Below are positions 29,401 to 37,623 of a DNA stretch of 64,000 nt, in pieces (the stretch's first letter is position 1; each line of letters starts with the position of its first letter). Both the position numbers and the translations under genes were made by a program. The DNA is from a virus. Lineage: Duplodnaviria > Caudoviricetes. The DNA is taken from the IMG/VR virus record IMGVR_UViG_3300021400_001148, positions 160,001 through 224,000 of that record, one strand, 5' to 3'. A model generated the notes under the pieces. It saw nothing but the letters and a program-made list of their open reading frames with translations, had not been told where the DNA came from and did not search any database.

Positions 29401-32400
29401 CAACGGGAGTACCAACGCTACTGGACCCGTGACTATCACAGGGAATGAAACTGTGAATGGAAACCTTGTCGTTACAGGTACTACAAGTATTAGTGGTAAC
29501 ACTTCTATTGATGGAAGTACTCGCCTTGGAAACGCGGCAAGCGACACTCTTACTGTGTGCGGTACAACAAACACTAATGGCAATCTAAATGTCACAGGTA
29601 GCACCACAGTGTCTGGTAATGCAAGTATTGGCGGAACATTAAATGTGACTGGAAGCACCACTCTTGCAGATGCTTCTGCTACGAGCGTTTCAGCAACAAG
29701 TATCAGCACCCCATCACTTACAGTAACAACATTGTCAGCAACAAACGGTAATTTCTCTGGTAATGTGAATGTCACTGGAAATACAAAACTTGGTGCAGTA
29801 ACTGCCACCACTATTTCTGGACAGACAGAAACACTTTCAGGAAACCTTACAGTATCAGGTAGCACAACCCTTGGTGATGCGGTAAGTGATACGCTTACAA
29901 TCAATGCAAATACCACCGCTGCTGCCGGAACTAAGTTCGATGCACTATCAATTGTGTCTGCCACTACAGAGTCCGTAAATGTGAAGGAGGCGTGGAAACT
30001 CGTTGATAAAGCTGGCAACCAGTATGGTTCAACTATTAATATCTATAAGGATAGTTCCCTCAAGAGTGTTGAACTTACAGACACCAGTGGTGGAACATCA
30101 ACCGGACAATACCTTAAGTTTACATACATTCTTTCAGATGGGTCGGAAAGTGTTGTTTACCTCGATGTTTCACAGTTCCTTGTTCAGAGTGAATTTGCCA
30201 GCGGTGTGACTTCAACATCAGCCGGAATTGTCAGAGGTGTGGTTGACCCCACTTCAGAATCTTTCCTTAGTGTAGGGGTTAATGGTTTCAAACTTTCCGG
30301 TGTGCAAAACGCTATTAACGCCAAAGTTAACTCTCTGGATGTTACCACTGATGTCGCTGTTGCTGGACAATATGTCGCTGCAATTCAGGAGGCTGACGGT
30401 ATTGTCTCTGTAAAGGCTAGGGCTAATGTTAGTGAGGCTGTTCTTAACAATTACAGGAAGGGTAGTGATTCTTCAGCGGTTACATCCGCTGATACTGTTA
30501 ATGCCGCAATCAGCAAACTTGAAAATCAGATTACAAAATCTGCCTCCGCTGCTACAACGAAAATCACTGAAGACGCAACCGGGCATGTAACGGTTTCCAA
30601 AACAACAAACACAGATGGTTCGGCAACCTACACCATTGGGGAGAATGATATCGCATCTGCAAGTGGCCTTTCATCTGAAATTACAGCAAGAAAGGCTGTT
30701 GATGGACAGACCGGTCAAACCTATGCAGCAAATTCCGGAACACATTACATATCCGCGGCAACAAGCCTTAACAATGCTGACGTACGGCTTGATACTGCAA
30801 TATATAATGAAGTAACTGCAAGAACTGCTGCAATTGAAGCACTGGATAAATCCGATACGGCCGTCGCTAACAATTTTGTCACTGCTGTAAGCGAAGAGAA
30901 CGGTATTATTACCGTTTCGAGAAAGCAGCCTGGTTTCAGTGAAATTAGCGGCACCACAACCGCAGCACAGCACTATGCCGTAACGGGTTCCGGTGCGACT
31001 GGTGGTACTAACGAATGGATTAAGAGTGTGGCTGTTGATGCTAAAGGCCATGTCACCGGTGCTACCAAGAGCCAGCCTGCATTCTCTAACATTTCAGGGG
31101 CAATTTCAGAAGCACAACACTATGCCGTGACGGGTTCCGGTGCTACCAGTAACACAAGCAAGTGGGTCAACAGTATATCTGTCGACGCCAAGGGCCATGT
31201 CACCGGTACGACAACAAGCCAGCCAACAGGCACTGATGTATCGCTTTCTGGGTACACGATATCCACTGCGAGCACATATAGCGACCTTGAAATTAAGGAT
31301 ACAGATAATGCGAACACTGCTTTCGGAAAAATCCAGAAACAAGTTCTTGACAATGAGGACGTGACAAGTGCGGCCCTTAATGACCTGAATAACCGCATTG
31401 AAGAACTTAACAATGCTGATGTACAGCTCGACGCTGCAATACATAACGAAGTAGTTGCAAGAACTGCTGCGATTGAGGCACTGGATAAATCCGATACGGC
31501 CGTCGCCAACAATTTTGTTACCGCTGTAAGTGAAGAAAATGGTATAATCACTGTCTCAAGAAAACAACCTGGTTTCAGTGAAATTAGCGGTGTCACAACC
31601 GCTGCACAGCACTATGCCGTAACGGGTTCCGGTGCTACCAGTGGTGTAAGCAAATGGGTCAACAGTATATCTGTCGACACCAAGGGTCATGTCACCGGTA
31701 CGACAACAAGCCAGCCAACAGGTGCCGACGTGTCACTTTCCGGATACACGATATCTACCGCGAGTACATATAGTGACCTTGAAATCAAGAGTGCTGATAA
31801 TGCAAATACTGCCTTCGGAAAAATCCAGAAACAAGTTCTTGATAACGAGGAAGTAACAAGTGCAGCCCTTAATGACCTGAATAGTCGCATTGAAGGACTT
31901 AATTATGGCGATAGTGGGTCCGGATTTGTAACTGCAGTCACACAAACAAATGGTAAAATTTCAGTTTCCAAGGGCCAGCCGACAGGTGGCGATGTATCGC
32001 TTTCTGGATACACGATATCCACCGCGAGTACATATAGTGACCTTGAAATCAAGAGTAGTGATAACGCAAACACTGCTTTCGGAAAAATCCAGAAACAAAT
32101 TCTCGACAATGAAGAAGTAACAAGTGCGGCCCTTAATGACCTGAATGGACGTATGGTGAAAGTAACCGATGGTAACGGTTTGTCAATTTCAAACGGAACC
32201 ATTTCAATGGCTGCTGCGAATGGTGCTACTGCCGGTGCAGTAACTGCTGGTGCTCAGACATTCAATGGTAACAAGACGTTTAGTGGGAACATAACCGCTA
32301 GCACGGTGACCACAACAACAGTCAACGCCCAGCAAGGTTTCTACCAAACATCTGACGAGCGGCTCAAAATCTTCATTGGTGAAGTTGATGGTGATATTGA

Positions 32401-32638
32401 GAAAATCAAGAAAATCCCCACAACATACTTCTACTGGAAGAATGACTATGACGCAAGGCAGATGGGTACTTCTGCACAAAAAGTTAAAGAGGTCTACCCC
32501 GAGATTGTTTCTGGAGACGAGCAACTTTCAGTCGACTATTCAAAATTTGGTATAATAGCCCTTGCCGCAATAAAGAAACTTGCTGAAAGAGTAGATGAAC
32601 TTGAAAAAGAGGTTGCTGAATTGAAAGCATCTCGTTAA
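26456..32638 (+). CDS. giant tail fibre/spike (2060 aa) with beta-helix-like repeats and C-terminal peptidase S74 chaperone
   Basis: long G/T/N/V 6-residue periodic region; TSDERLK...AQKVKEVYPEIV...VDYSK plus terminal coiled coil. Confidence 0.85.
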   Translation: MSDGIFLNKRGTAALWNDVTAMETKGKKALAEAIGLGFSGATSDNQTGVVKHLDSGDHYTSGATTVLGEVEKLDTTLWNAIEEDQVFHNSKTFSGDTQNITGRTSVNVKGGVVNVTGETETNFSGAKMSVDETSSVSVKTPSTTVSGSTLSVTENTSATVTTPDAKIIATASTISGSTLSVTETSSASVSAPTTNVSGTTTLNLKGGTTTNLESGDIVNVTGKTVNAKGSTAVNVSGATINATGTTNIEGNTNITGVTRVSGVTSITGDTTITGNETVTKNLNVSGNTNITGNTNISGTTTIDDSLEIHDGLTVTAGGVAITGNTSVSGDTNIKGATNITGNTSVTGNTTLSGNTKITSGGLNVTGNTTVSGDTTLTGNEGISGNLTVSGNTGISGTTEIGKTLTVASGLTVNKGGIASTGVTSLSGQTNIDGATNITGSTTITGDEILNGNLHVTGTTVLDKNTKINAGGLNVTGDTTISGNTTITGTTKVTGDTTISGNTVISGDTTLNGKERVNGNLEVTGTATITGNTTINSNTKITSGGLNVTGTTTVSGNTTINGETKVTGDTTISGATTISGTTTVKGATNIDGTTSITGNTNVRGSIDFSGATASIKSTGTNAISGGTNTFTSTGETDINAGSKLVVKTPVTEISGTSVSVTGTTNLNGNTNITGSLTVSENETISKNLTVNGNTTLGDTSGDTVTIAGNTKIKAGGLNVTGDTTISGNTTLNGNETVNGSLGVTGNTNITGNTNITGNTTVKGNTNLGDADSDVLTVVGTTNATGPVNITGDTLIDGKLTVTDGMEVGCPFDVCDTLGVTAGTIVVSGNEAVTGNIGISGTTTTTGKLTANGGADITGATNVRGNTTFSGGTITETATTSISLTAPTTNISGTTTNVSGNTNITGNETVSGSLSVSGNTTLGDAATDVTTICGATNANGNISVTGSVSASSDVNAGGNLSITGNATVKGNTTLGDASTDTVTINGSTNATGPVTITGNETVNGNLVVTGTTSISGNTSIDGSTRLGNAASDTLTVCGTTNTNGNLNVTGSTTVSGNASIGGTLNVTGSTTLADASATSVSATSISTPSLTVTTLSATNGNFSGNVNVTGNTKLGAVTATTISGQTETLSGNLTVSGSTTLGDAVSDTLTINANTTAAAGTKFDALSIVSATTESVNVKEAWKLVDKAGNQYGSTINIYKDSSLKSVELTDTSGGTSTGQYLKFTYILSDGSESVVYLDVSQFLVQSEFASGVTSTSAGIVRGVVDPTSESFLSVGVNGFKLSGVQNAINAKVNSLDVTTDVAVAGQYVAAIQEADGIVSVKARANVSEAVLNNYRKGSDSSAVTSADTVNAAISKLENQITKSASAATTKITEDATGHVTVSKTTNTDGSATYTIGENDIASASGLSSEITARKAVDGQTGQTYAANSGTHYISAATSLNNADVRLDTAIYNEVTARTAAIEALDKSDTAVANNFVTAVSEENGIITVSRKQPGFSEISGTTTAAQHYAVTGSGATGGTNEWIKSVAVDAKGHVTGATKSQPAFSNISGAISEAQHYAVTGSGATSNTSKWVNSISVDAKGHVTGTTTSQPTGTDVSLSGYTISTASTYSDLEIKDTDNANTAFGKIQKQVLDNEDVTSAALNDLNNRIEELNNADVQLDAAIHNEVVARTAAIEALDKSDTAVANNFVTAVSEENGIITVSRKQPGFSEISGVTTAAQHYAVTGSGATSGVSKWVNSISVDTKGHVTGTTTSQPTGADVSLSGYTISTASTYSDLEIKSADNANTAFGKIQKQVLDNEEVTSAALNDLNSRIEGLNYGDSGSGFVTAVTQTNGKISVSKGQPTGGDVSLSGYTISTASTYSDLEIKSSDNANTAFGKIQKQILDNEEVTSAALNDLNGRMVKVTDGNGLSISNGTISMAAANGATAGAVTAGAQTFNGNKTFSGNITASTVTTTTVNAQQGFYQTSDERLKIFIGEVDGDIEKIKKIPTTYFYWKNDYDARQMGTSAQKVKEVYPEIVSGDEQLSVDYSKFGIIALAAIKKLAERVDELEKEVAELKASR
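30767..32146 (+). repeat. intragenic duplications in the fibre gene
   Basis: block A ~30767-30997 and ~31406-31636; block B ~31217-31390, ~31709-31882, ~31974-32146; near-identical DNA. Confidence 0.85.
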
Positions 32639-32660
32639 GAAAATACCTAATCTCACGAAT

Positions 32661-32686
32661 AACGCACCCCGGTAAGAGGTGCGTTT
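32661..32686. terminator. bidirectional terminator
   Basis: aacgcacc...ggtgcgtt hairpin between convergent genes. Confidence 0.65.
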
Positions 32687-34157
32687 ATTCTTTGTACCAT
32701 GTGTACTTTATTAGCCCGCAGTCATAAATCCTCATAAGGCCAGCAGAAGTAGCCATTTCAGACTCTGTAAGGTTCAGGGGTAAGTCAAATCTTCTGGACA
32801 AATCGCTCTTTCTGAAACCAAATTTGTGAGCCCTTACTAGTTTACCATTCTTTACAGTTATATATCTATAATCAGGCAAAAGTATTTTCTCTTTTTTAAA
32901 ACCAAGTCTATCATATAAATTTGGCTTAATTGTCGTGGTCCACCGACGGTCAGCGAAAGACTTGATTTTTTTCGGGTCCCACCCGTCTATAAATTTTTTC
33001 AATAATTTTCCGGCAACGCCACAAACAACATAATCTATTTTAGACGCAAAACGGTTTAGTTCCCACTCATCCTTTCTTTTAATAAAAGTCATCACCGAAA
33101 CAAGTTCGGAGTTGAAAAAAGCGCCTAAATAAACAGTTGCTTTACTAAAACCTTGTATGTGGTTTATATATAAAAAATCCTTAGCCTCTGCCGCTGAAAT
33201 TGTGGAAACATCACACTTCCTCCCATATATATGTTTCCCACAGGATAAGTTCAAAATATGTTTTATTTTTTCTAAAACAATTTCCCGGTGGTTTACATAT
33301 TCATCTTCAAAAACTTGTATTAGCCTTATTCCTTTTGATTCACAGGCTTCGGTTTTCATTAGGTGATAGTTTTTATTTTTTTTCTCAGAACTATGCCAAT
33401 ACAAACCATTATATTCAATTGCCAACTTGTATTTCGGAATATATACATCCAATTCAATATTTCCAAGAGTTTTTCGGTCTCTGAATATTACATTCTCCGG
33501 TCCTACGATACTTTTAACATATTCACCTATTTCTGTTTCTGCAGCAGAGGTGTTGGCATAACACTTCAAACACCCACCATGTGGTGAGGTTAGGTGGTCG
33601 CAGGCAATTTTTTCAAACATATTGCCGCATTTGCGGCACTTTATCCTGATTTTACTATGGCTGTTTTTATATAAAGTGTTTATTTCAGGAAATTCATAGA
33701 TATCACCAAACCTTTTTTTCGATTCTTCAATAAAATCATTATATTGCCCCCGCCTCCACTCTTTTGCGTATTTTTTCCCGCACTCAGGACAGCCTTGTTT
33801 TTGGAAAATGTGATTGTGCGGGTTCTGTTTGAAAACACCGTGTATAGGACATATAATGCTAACCGGCGTTCTCTTGTTCACATAATGTGTAAGTGAATAG
33901 TCGTACTTGTCCCCGTGTATTTCTTTGGCTTTTTCGATGAATTTTTCTGTATTCCACTTATGAAGTCCGGAGCACTCGGGGCAGCCATTGATACTAGATA
34001 GGAAAACAGACGGTTTTGCCCAGAACTCACCATGTTCCGGGCAAATTATGCATACCTTTGTTTGGCTGTTTTTGTATTCTACTTTCGAATAGTCAAACTT
34101 GTTTCCGAACTTCTTTATAGCCTCTTCAAGAAATTCGCTTTGTGTTTTTTTCTGCAT
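32685..34157 (-). CDS. free-standing homing endonuclease-like protein (DUF723-like Zn repeats, Vsr/PD-(D/E)xK-like nuclease, GNAT-like C-terminus)
   Basis: YDYS...IICPxHGxF repeats; ELDVYIP...AIEYNGLYWHS; WELNRF, SFADRRW, IYDCG. Confidence 0.8.
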   Translation of the reverse strand: MQKKTQSEFLEEAIKKFGNKFDYSKVEYKNSQTKVCIICPEHGEFWAKPSVFLSSINGCPECSGLHKWNTEKFIEKAKEIHGDKYDYSLTHYVNKRTPVSIICPIHGVFKQNPHNHIFQKQGCPECGKKYAKEWRRGQYNDFIEESKKRFGDIYEFPEINTLYKNSHSKIRIKCRKCGNMFEKIACDHLTSPHGGCLKCYANTSAAETEIGEYVKSIVGPENVIFRDRKTLGNIELDVYIPKYKLAIEYNGLYWHSSEKKNKNYHLMKTEACESKGIRLIQVFEDEYVNHREIVLEKIKHILNLSCGKHIYGRKCDVSTISAAEAKDFLYINHIQGFSKATVYLGAFFNSELVSVMTFIKRKDEWELNRFASKIDYVVCGVAGKLLKKFIDGWDPKKIKSFADRRWTTTIKPNLYDRLGFKKEKILLPDYRYITVKNGKLVRAHKFGFRKSDLSRRFDLPLNLTESEMATSAGLMRIYDCGLIKYTWYKE

Positions 34158-34178
34158 TCACAAATCAATTCTTGCTTT

Positions 34179-35747
34179 TTAGTCAAAAACATCTTCGTCT
34201 GTGTCGTCAGGGATTAAATCATACACCGTACCAATAACTATACCCTTGAATTTTTTGGAAACGAAATTATTTGTAAGAGGGTCCAATTCAACGATTTCCT
34301 TCATTTCTTTGGTGAGGTTGCCGGCTAGAATTTTTTCCCGTTGTTCTTCCTCTACATGCTTTAAATCTTCAATGAGTTCGTTCCACTTCACCCTTTCGAG
34401 ATTGATACCCAGCCTTTCTTCCAACTCTTTCCGCTCAAGGTATTTTTTCTTAATGTCTTCCCAACTGACACCACATTCTTCGGTGTAAGGTGGAGTCCAT
34501 TCAGGATGTTTAATCCAGAACTCAATTTCACGGTCTTCCATTCTAAGAATGTCTTCGATTTTATCCTCATCCCCCGGATTATTAGGCTCGCCAGAAACGA
34601 GTTTAGCCTCTTCGTTCGTGAAATATTTACGGTCTTTCGGGTTTTCAATAAGAATAGATGACCTTATGTTCTTTGAAAAACAGACCAGAAGTGGTGTTAT
34701 TCGCTTATTGAACATATCAATGTATTTAGCAACATTGTACTCTTTTCCAATATCATCACAGAAATGGTCATCCTCTGAGTCTACAATATTCCGGTCCAAG
34801 AGTTCGCTTGCAAAGATGAGTTCATATTCCTTCGTGTAGAAACACTTGTTTTCTTTCATCCATTCTATTTCTGGATAAACACCATCGGGGTAATCTTCAT
34901 GATTCTTTTTCCACTCTTTAGCCCCCTTTTCAACCTCTTTTGTCCTGTCAGTCTTGGTTCCATCAGCATTAACTTCATACCATTTTGTAACCTTTTTAAT
35001 GTCTGATTCAGATTTCTTTTTGCCAGTATTAATGTAATAAATCGTTTCGCCAATATCGGGTTTCAGCCCCGCCTTTATACATAGTTCATACCATGCCTGC
35101 CTTGACTTGGGCCGACCGGCTTTAGTAAGGGTTGCACAATCCTTAATATACTCATCCATACTCTTCTTAATCTTACCCTTGGAGGCAATCTGAATGAGGG
35201 GGATTTGATAATTATATATTTTCTCGATATAACTGTAATAATAGTCAAGGAATGCCGGCCCATTATCCTGCAGAAGCATACGAACCCCCTTGTCGAGGAA
35301 CTCAGCAATATACCCCGGCATTTTTTTCGATTTAATTGTGTTGCCGACAAGTTTCACATCTTTCGGATAAGGATTTTCCGGAAAGTAGTCAGCATAGTTT
35401 TTCCTCGAGAAGTTGATGGTTGATTCTACAATTTCGTCTATTCCGAGACCCATCTTGTTAACAGCCTCCGGATGATAATGCTTGTCTGACATATACAAGT
35501 CATTAAACTCAGCAACATCCGCCTTGTAGCCCGTGTATTCAACACCCTGTTTAGTCTCACGGCTAAGCCCGGGGCTAATATAAGGGTGCTCTTTAGTGTA
35601 ACGAAATTCGGTTTCGTCTGGAAGTTGAAAGTTGAACCCATCTGTATTTGAGTTCACATTCATCCCGAGTGCATTTACAACAGTACCATCAAGGGAAATG
35701 TCGTAAACATATGCAGATGTTTTTCCTTTATTTGTTTTTTCTAACAT
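34179..35747 (-). CDS. polB: DNA polymerase B C-terminal half, with N-terminal split-intein C fragment
   Basis: 34 aa IntC ending VYDIS...NVNSN, then TDG (second half of motif C), RKNYA, thumb region. Confidence 0.88.
   Translation of the reverse strand: MLEKTNKGKTSAYVYDISLDGTVVNALGMNVNSNTDGFNFQLPDETEFRYTKEHPYISPGLSRETKQGVEYTGYKADVAEFNDLYMSDKHYHPEAVNKMGLGIDEIVESTINFSRKNYADYFPENPYPKDVKLVGNTIKSKKMPGYIAEFLDKGVRMLLQDNGPAFLDYYYSYIEKIYNYQIPLIQIASKGKIKKSMDEYIKDCATLTKAGRPKSRQAWYELCIKAGLKPDIGETIYYINTGKKKSESDIKKVTKWYEVNADGTKTDRTKEVEKGAKEWKKNHEDYPDGVYPEIEWMKENKCFYTKEYELIFASELLDRNIVDSEDDHFCDDIGKEYNVAKYIDMFNKRITPLLVCFSKNIRSSILIENPKDRKYFTNEEAKLVSGEPNNPGDEDKIEDILRMEDREIEFWIKHPEWTPPYTEECGVSWEDIKKKYLERKELEERLGINLERVKWNELIEDLKHVEEEQREKILAGNLTKEMKEIVELDPLTNNFVSKKFKGIVIGTVYDLIPDDTDEDVFD
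35646..35747 (-). mobile_element. split intein C fragment (IntC, 34 aa)
   Basis: block F YVYDI, terminal Asn, +1 Thr. Confidence 0.85.
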
Positions 35748-35865
35748 ATCTTAAATCTAATGTTGCAAATATACATTTTTCTTTGGAATTTTAAGGATTT
35801 TTGGCGCAGTATCTATTATACCAAACATTATATGTTTTTCTGTGGACAACATGTATATAGTTCCC

Positions 35866-37575
35866 TTAAATATCTTGCTTCTTTAATGTCCAGATATATT
35901 TTCTTGTTCCGCAGTCATACACCCGGTACCACCCTTTAGATTCACAAAATTCTTTTTCTGTCATCTCTGACGGGCATCCATATTTCCTAATGAGCACATC
36001 TTTTCTCATATTAAATCGATTAACCCTGCGTTTATTGATTACATAAAAATAACTTGGGGGTGTGTTCTCCTCAAACTCAAACCCTATTTTTTCATACAAG
36101 TTTCCATTGGACCATCTCCTGTCAGCAAAAGACTTAACTTTTTCCGGAGAATATGTTTCTACGAAATACTTAAACATTCTGCTTGCACCCCCGACTACGG
36201 TTGTGCCCAGCATGTTAGCAAACCTCACTAATTCATATTCTTTATCATTCCGAGGCTTACCGTTAAGATTAATCCTGTTTCGACAAAATGCCATAACACT
36301 CACCAGTTCATCTTCATAAAACAAGCCTATTCTCACATTCGTTTGTGTTTTACCTTGTATGTGGTTCCTGTCTAAAAACCGAGTGGCCGTTTTCGAGTCT
36401 ACTTCCGCAATACGACAATTTCTTGCATATATCTTTTTCTCAGTAAAGCCGAGGATGTTCCTAATCCTACTTTTACAAATGCTGTTCTTGAGCATCCACT
36501 CATCATCAAAGATTTGTATCAGGCGAATGCCCTTCTTTTCGCATTCTTCAGTTTTCAACAAGTGGTACTTCTTTTCAGTATTAAACTTTTCAGAGTGCCA
36601 GATTAGCCCATTCATCTCAAAACCAATGTTCAGGCCGGGGATAAAAATATCAATCTCCTTCGGGGGGATTACATCTCTGACATTTTCAAGAACCTCCGTA
36701 CTAGGTAGAAGTGACTTGATATACTCCAATAATTCTTTCTCAACCGTTGACTTGTCTTTAAAACATTTTGGACAGCCCTGCCCAAAAAGGTGGTTCCCCG
36801 CTATCTGTTCAAATTCACCGTGTATTGGGCATATTATCTTTAGTGGCTGACGGCTGTTTTCGTAAACAGATTGAGTATAATCATATTTGTCACCGTGAAC
36901 TTCCCTTGCTCTTTGCACCCATTCTTCTGTCGTCATCAATCTTTCACTACCACACTTTATCCTTCCACATACGGGACACCCTTGTTTTCCTTTGATGTGG
37001 TTGTTCATTGTTTGATAAAACACTCCATGCTCAGGGCAAATAATTGGATATTTAATACGGTCATTCTTGTACTCCGTGAGCATTGAATAATCGTATTTGT
37101 CCCCGTGGACTTTTTTTGCTTCCTCTATTACGGATTGAATACTCCTGCGATTCTTGGACGATGACTTTATGTATCTACACTTTGGGCATCCCTCCCCGGA
37201 CAGCAAGTGCCCCGGGGTTATTTCAAACTGACCATGTTCACAGCCGTTTTCGTCTTTCTCGTGACAAGTAACTGTTATTTTGGTTTTATTATTTACATAG
37301 ACCGTATTTTCGAATGTATATGTGCTGCAATGAGGTAGTTTGCTTACTTTATCAACAAACTCCTCGGTTGTGTACTGGTATCTTCCACTGCACTTTTTGC
37401 AACCATCGCCACGATATATGTGATGATAAAAATCTTTGTAAAAGACACCATGCTCTGGGCAAATGATGGGGCATTTAGTTCTATTATTTACATATTCTTT
37501 TATAAGAGAATAGTCATATTTGAAGTTATGCACCTCGTTTGCCAATCTGATACATTCGGATAGTGTATTTTTCAT
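35866..37575 (-). CDS. free-standing homing endonuclease-like protein between the polymerase halves
   Basis: four YDYS/CPxHGxF/GCPKC repeats; EIDIFIP...FEMNGLIWHS; YELVRF, SFADRRWS, VYDCG. Confidence 0.82.
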   Translation of the reverse strand: MKNTLSECIRLANEVHNFKYDYSLIKEYVNNRTKCPIICPEHGVFYKDFYHHIYRGDGCKKCSGRYQYTTEEFVDKVSKLPHCSTYTFENTVYVNNKTKITVTCHEKDENGCEHGQFEITPGHLLSGEGCPKCRYIKSSSKNRRSIQSVIEEAKKVHGDKYDYSMLTEYKNDRIKYPIICPEHGVFYQTMNNHIKGKQGCPVCGRIKCGSERLMTTEEWVQRAREVHGDKYDYTQSVYENSRQPLKIICPIHGEFEQIAGNHLFGQGCPKCFKDKSTVEKELLEYIKSLLPSTEVLENVRDVIPPKEIDIFIPGLNIGFEMNGLIWHSEKFNTEKKYHLLKTEECEKKGIRLIQIFDDEWMLKNSICKSRIRNILGFTEKKIYARNCRIAEVDSKTATRFLDRNHIQGKTQTNVRIGLFYEDELVSVMAFCRNRINLNGKPRNDKEYELVRFANMLGTTVVGGASRMFKYFVETYSPEKVKSFADRRWSNGNLYEKIGFEFEENTPPSYFYVINKRRVNRFNMRKDVLIRKYGCPSEMTEKEFCESKGWYRVYDCGTRKYIWTLKKQDI

Positions 37576-37623
37576 TTTTTTCTTATAAATATCTTGTTGC
37601 GGACAAAAGTACCAAAAAACGAT

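Noticed and set aside
26629-30018. 1129 aa antisense ORF
   Set aside because: Mirror of the Thr/Gly/Asn/Val-rich fibre gene; low-complexity V/P/L product, no promoter or motifs.
35748-37623. Group I intron interrupting the polymerase
   Set aside because: No P/Q/R/S elements seen in the short spacers; both halves carry intein blocks and the C-half has its own promoter and start.
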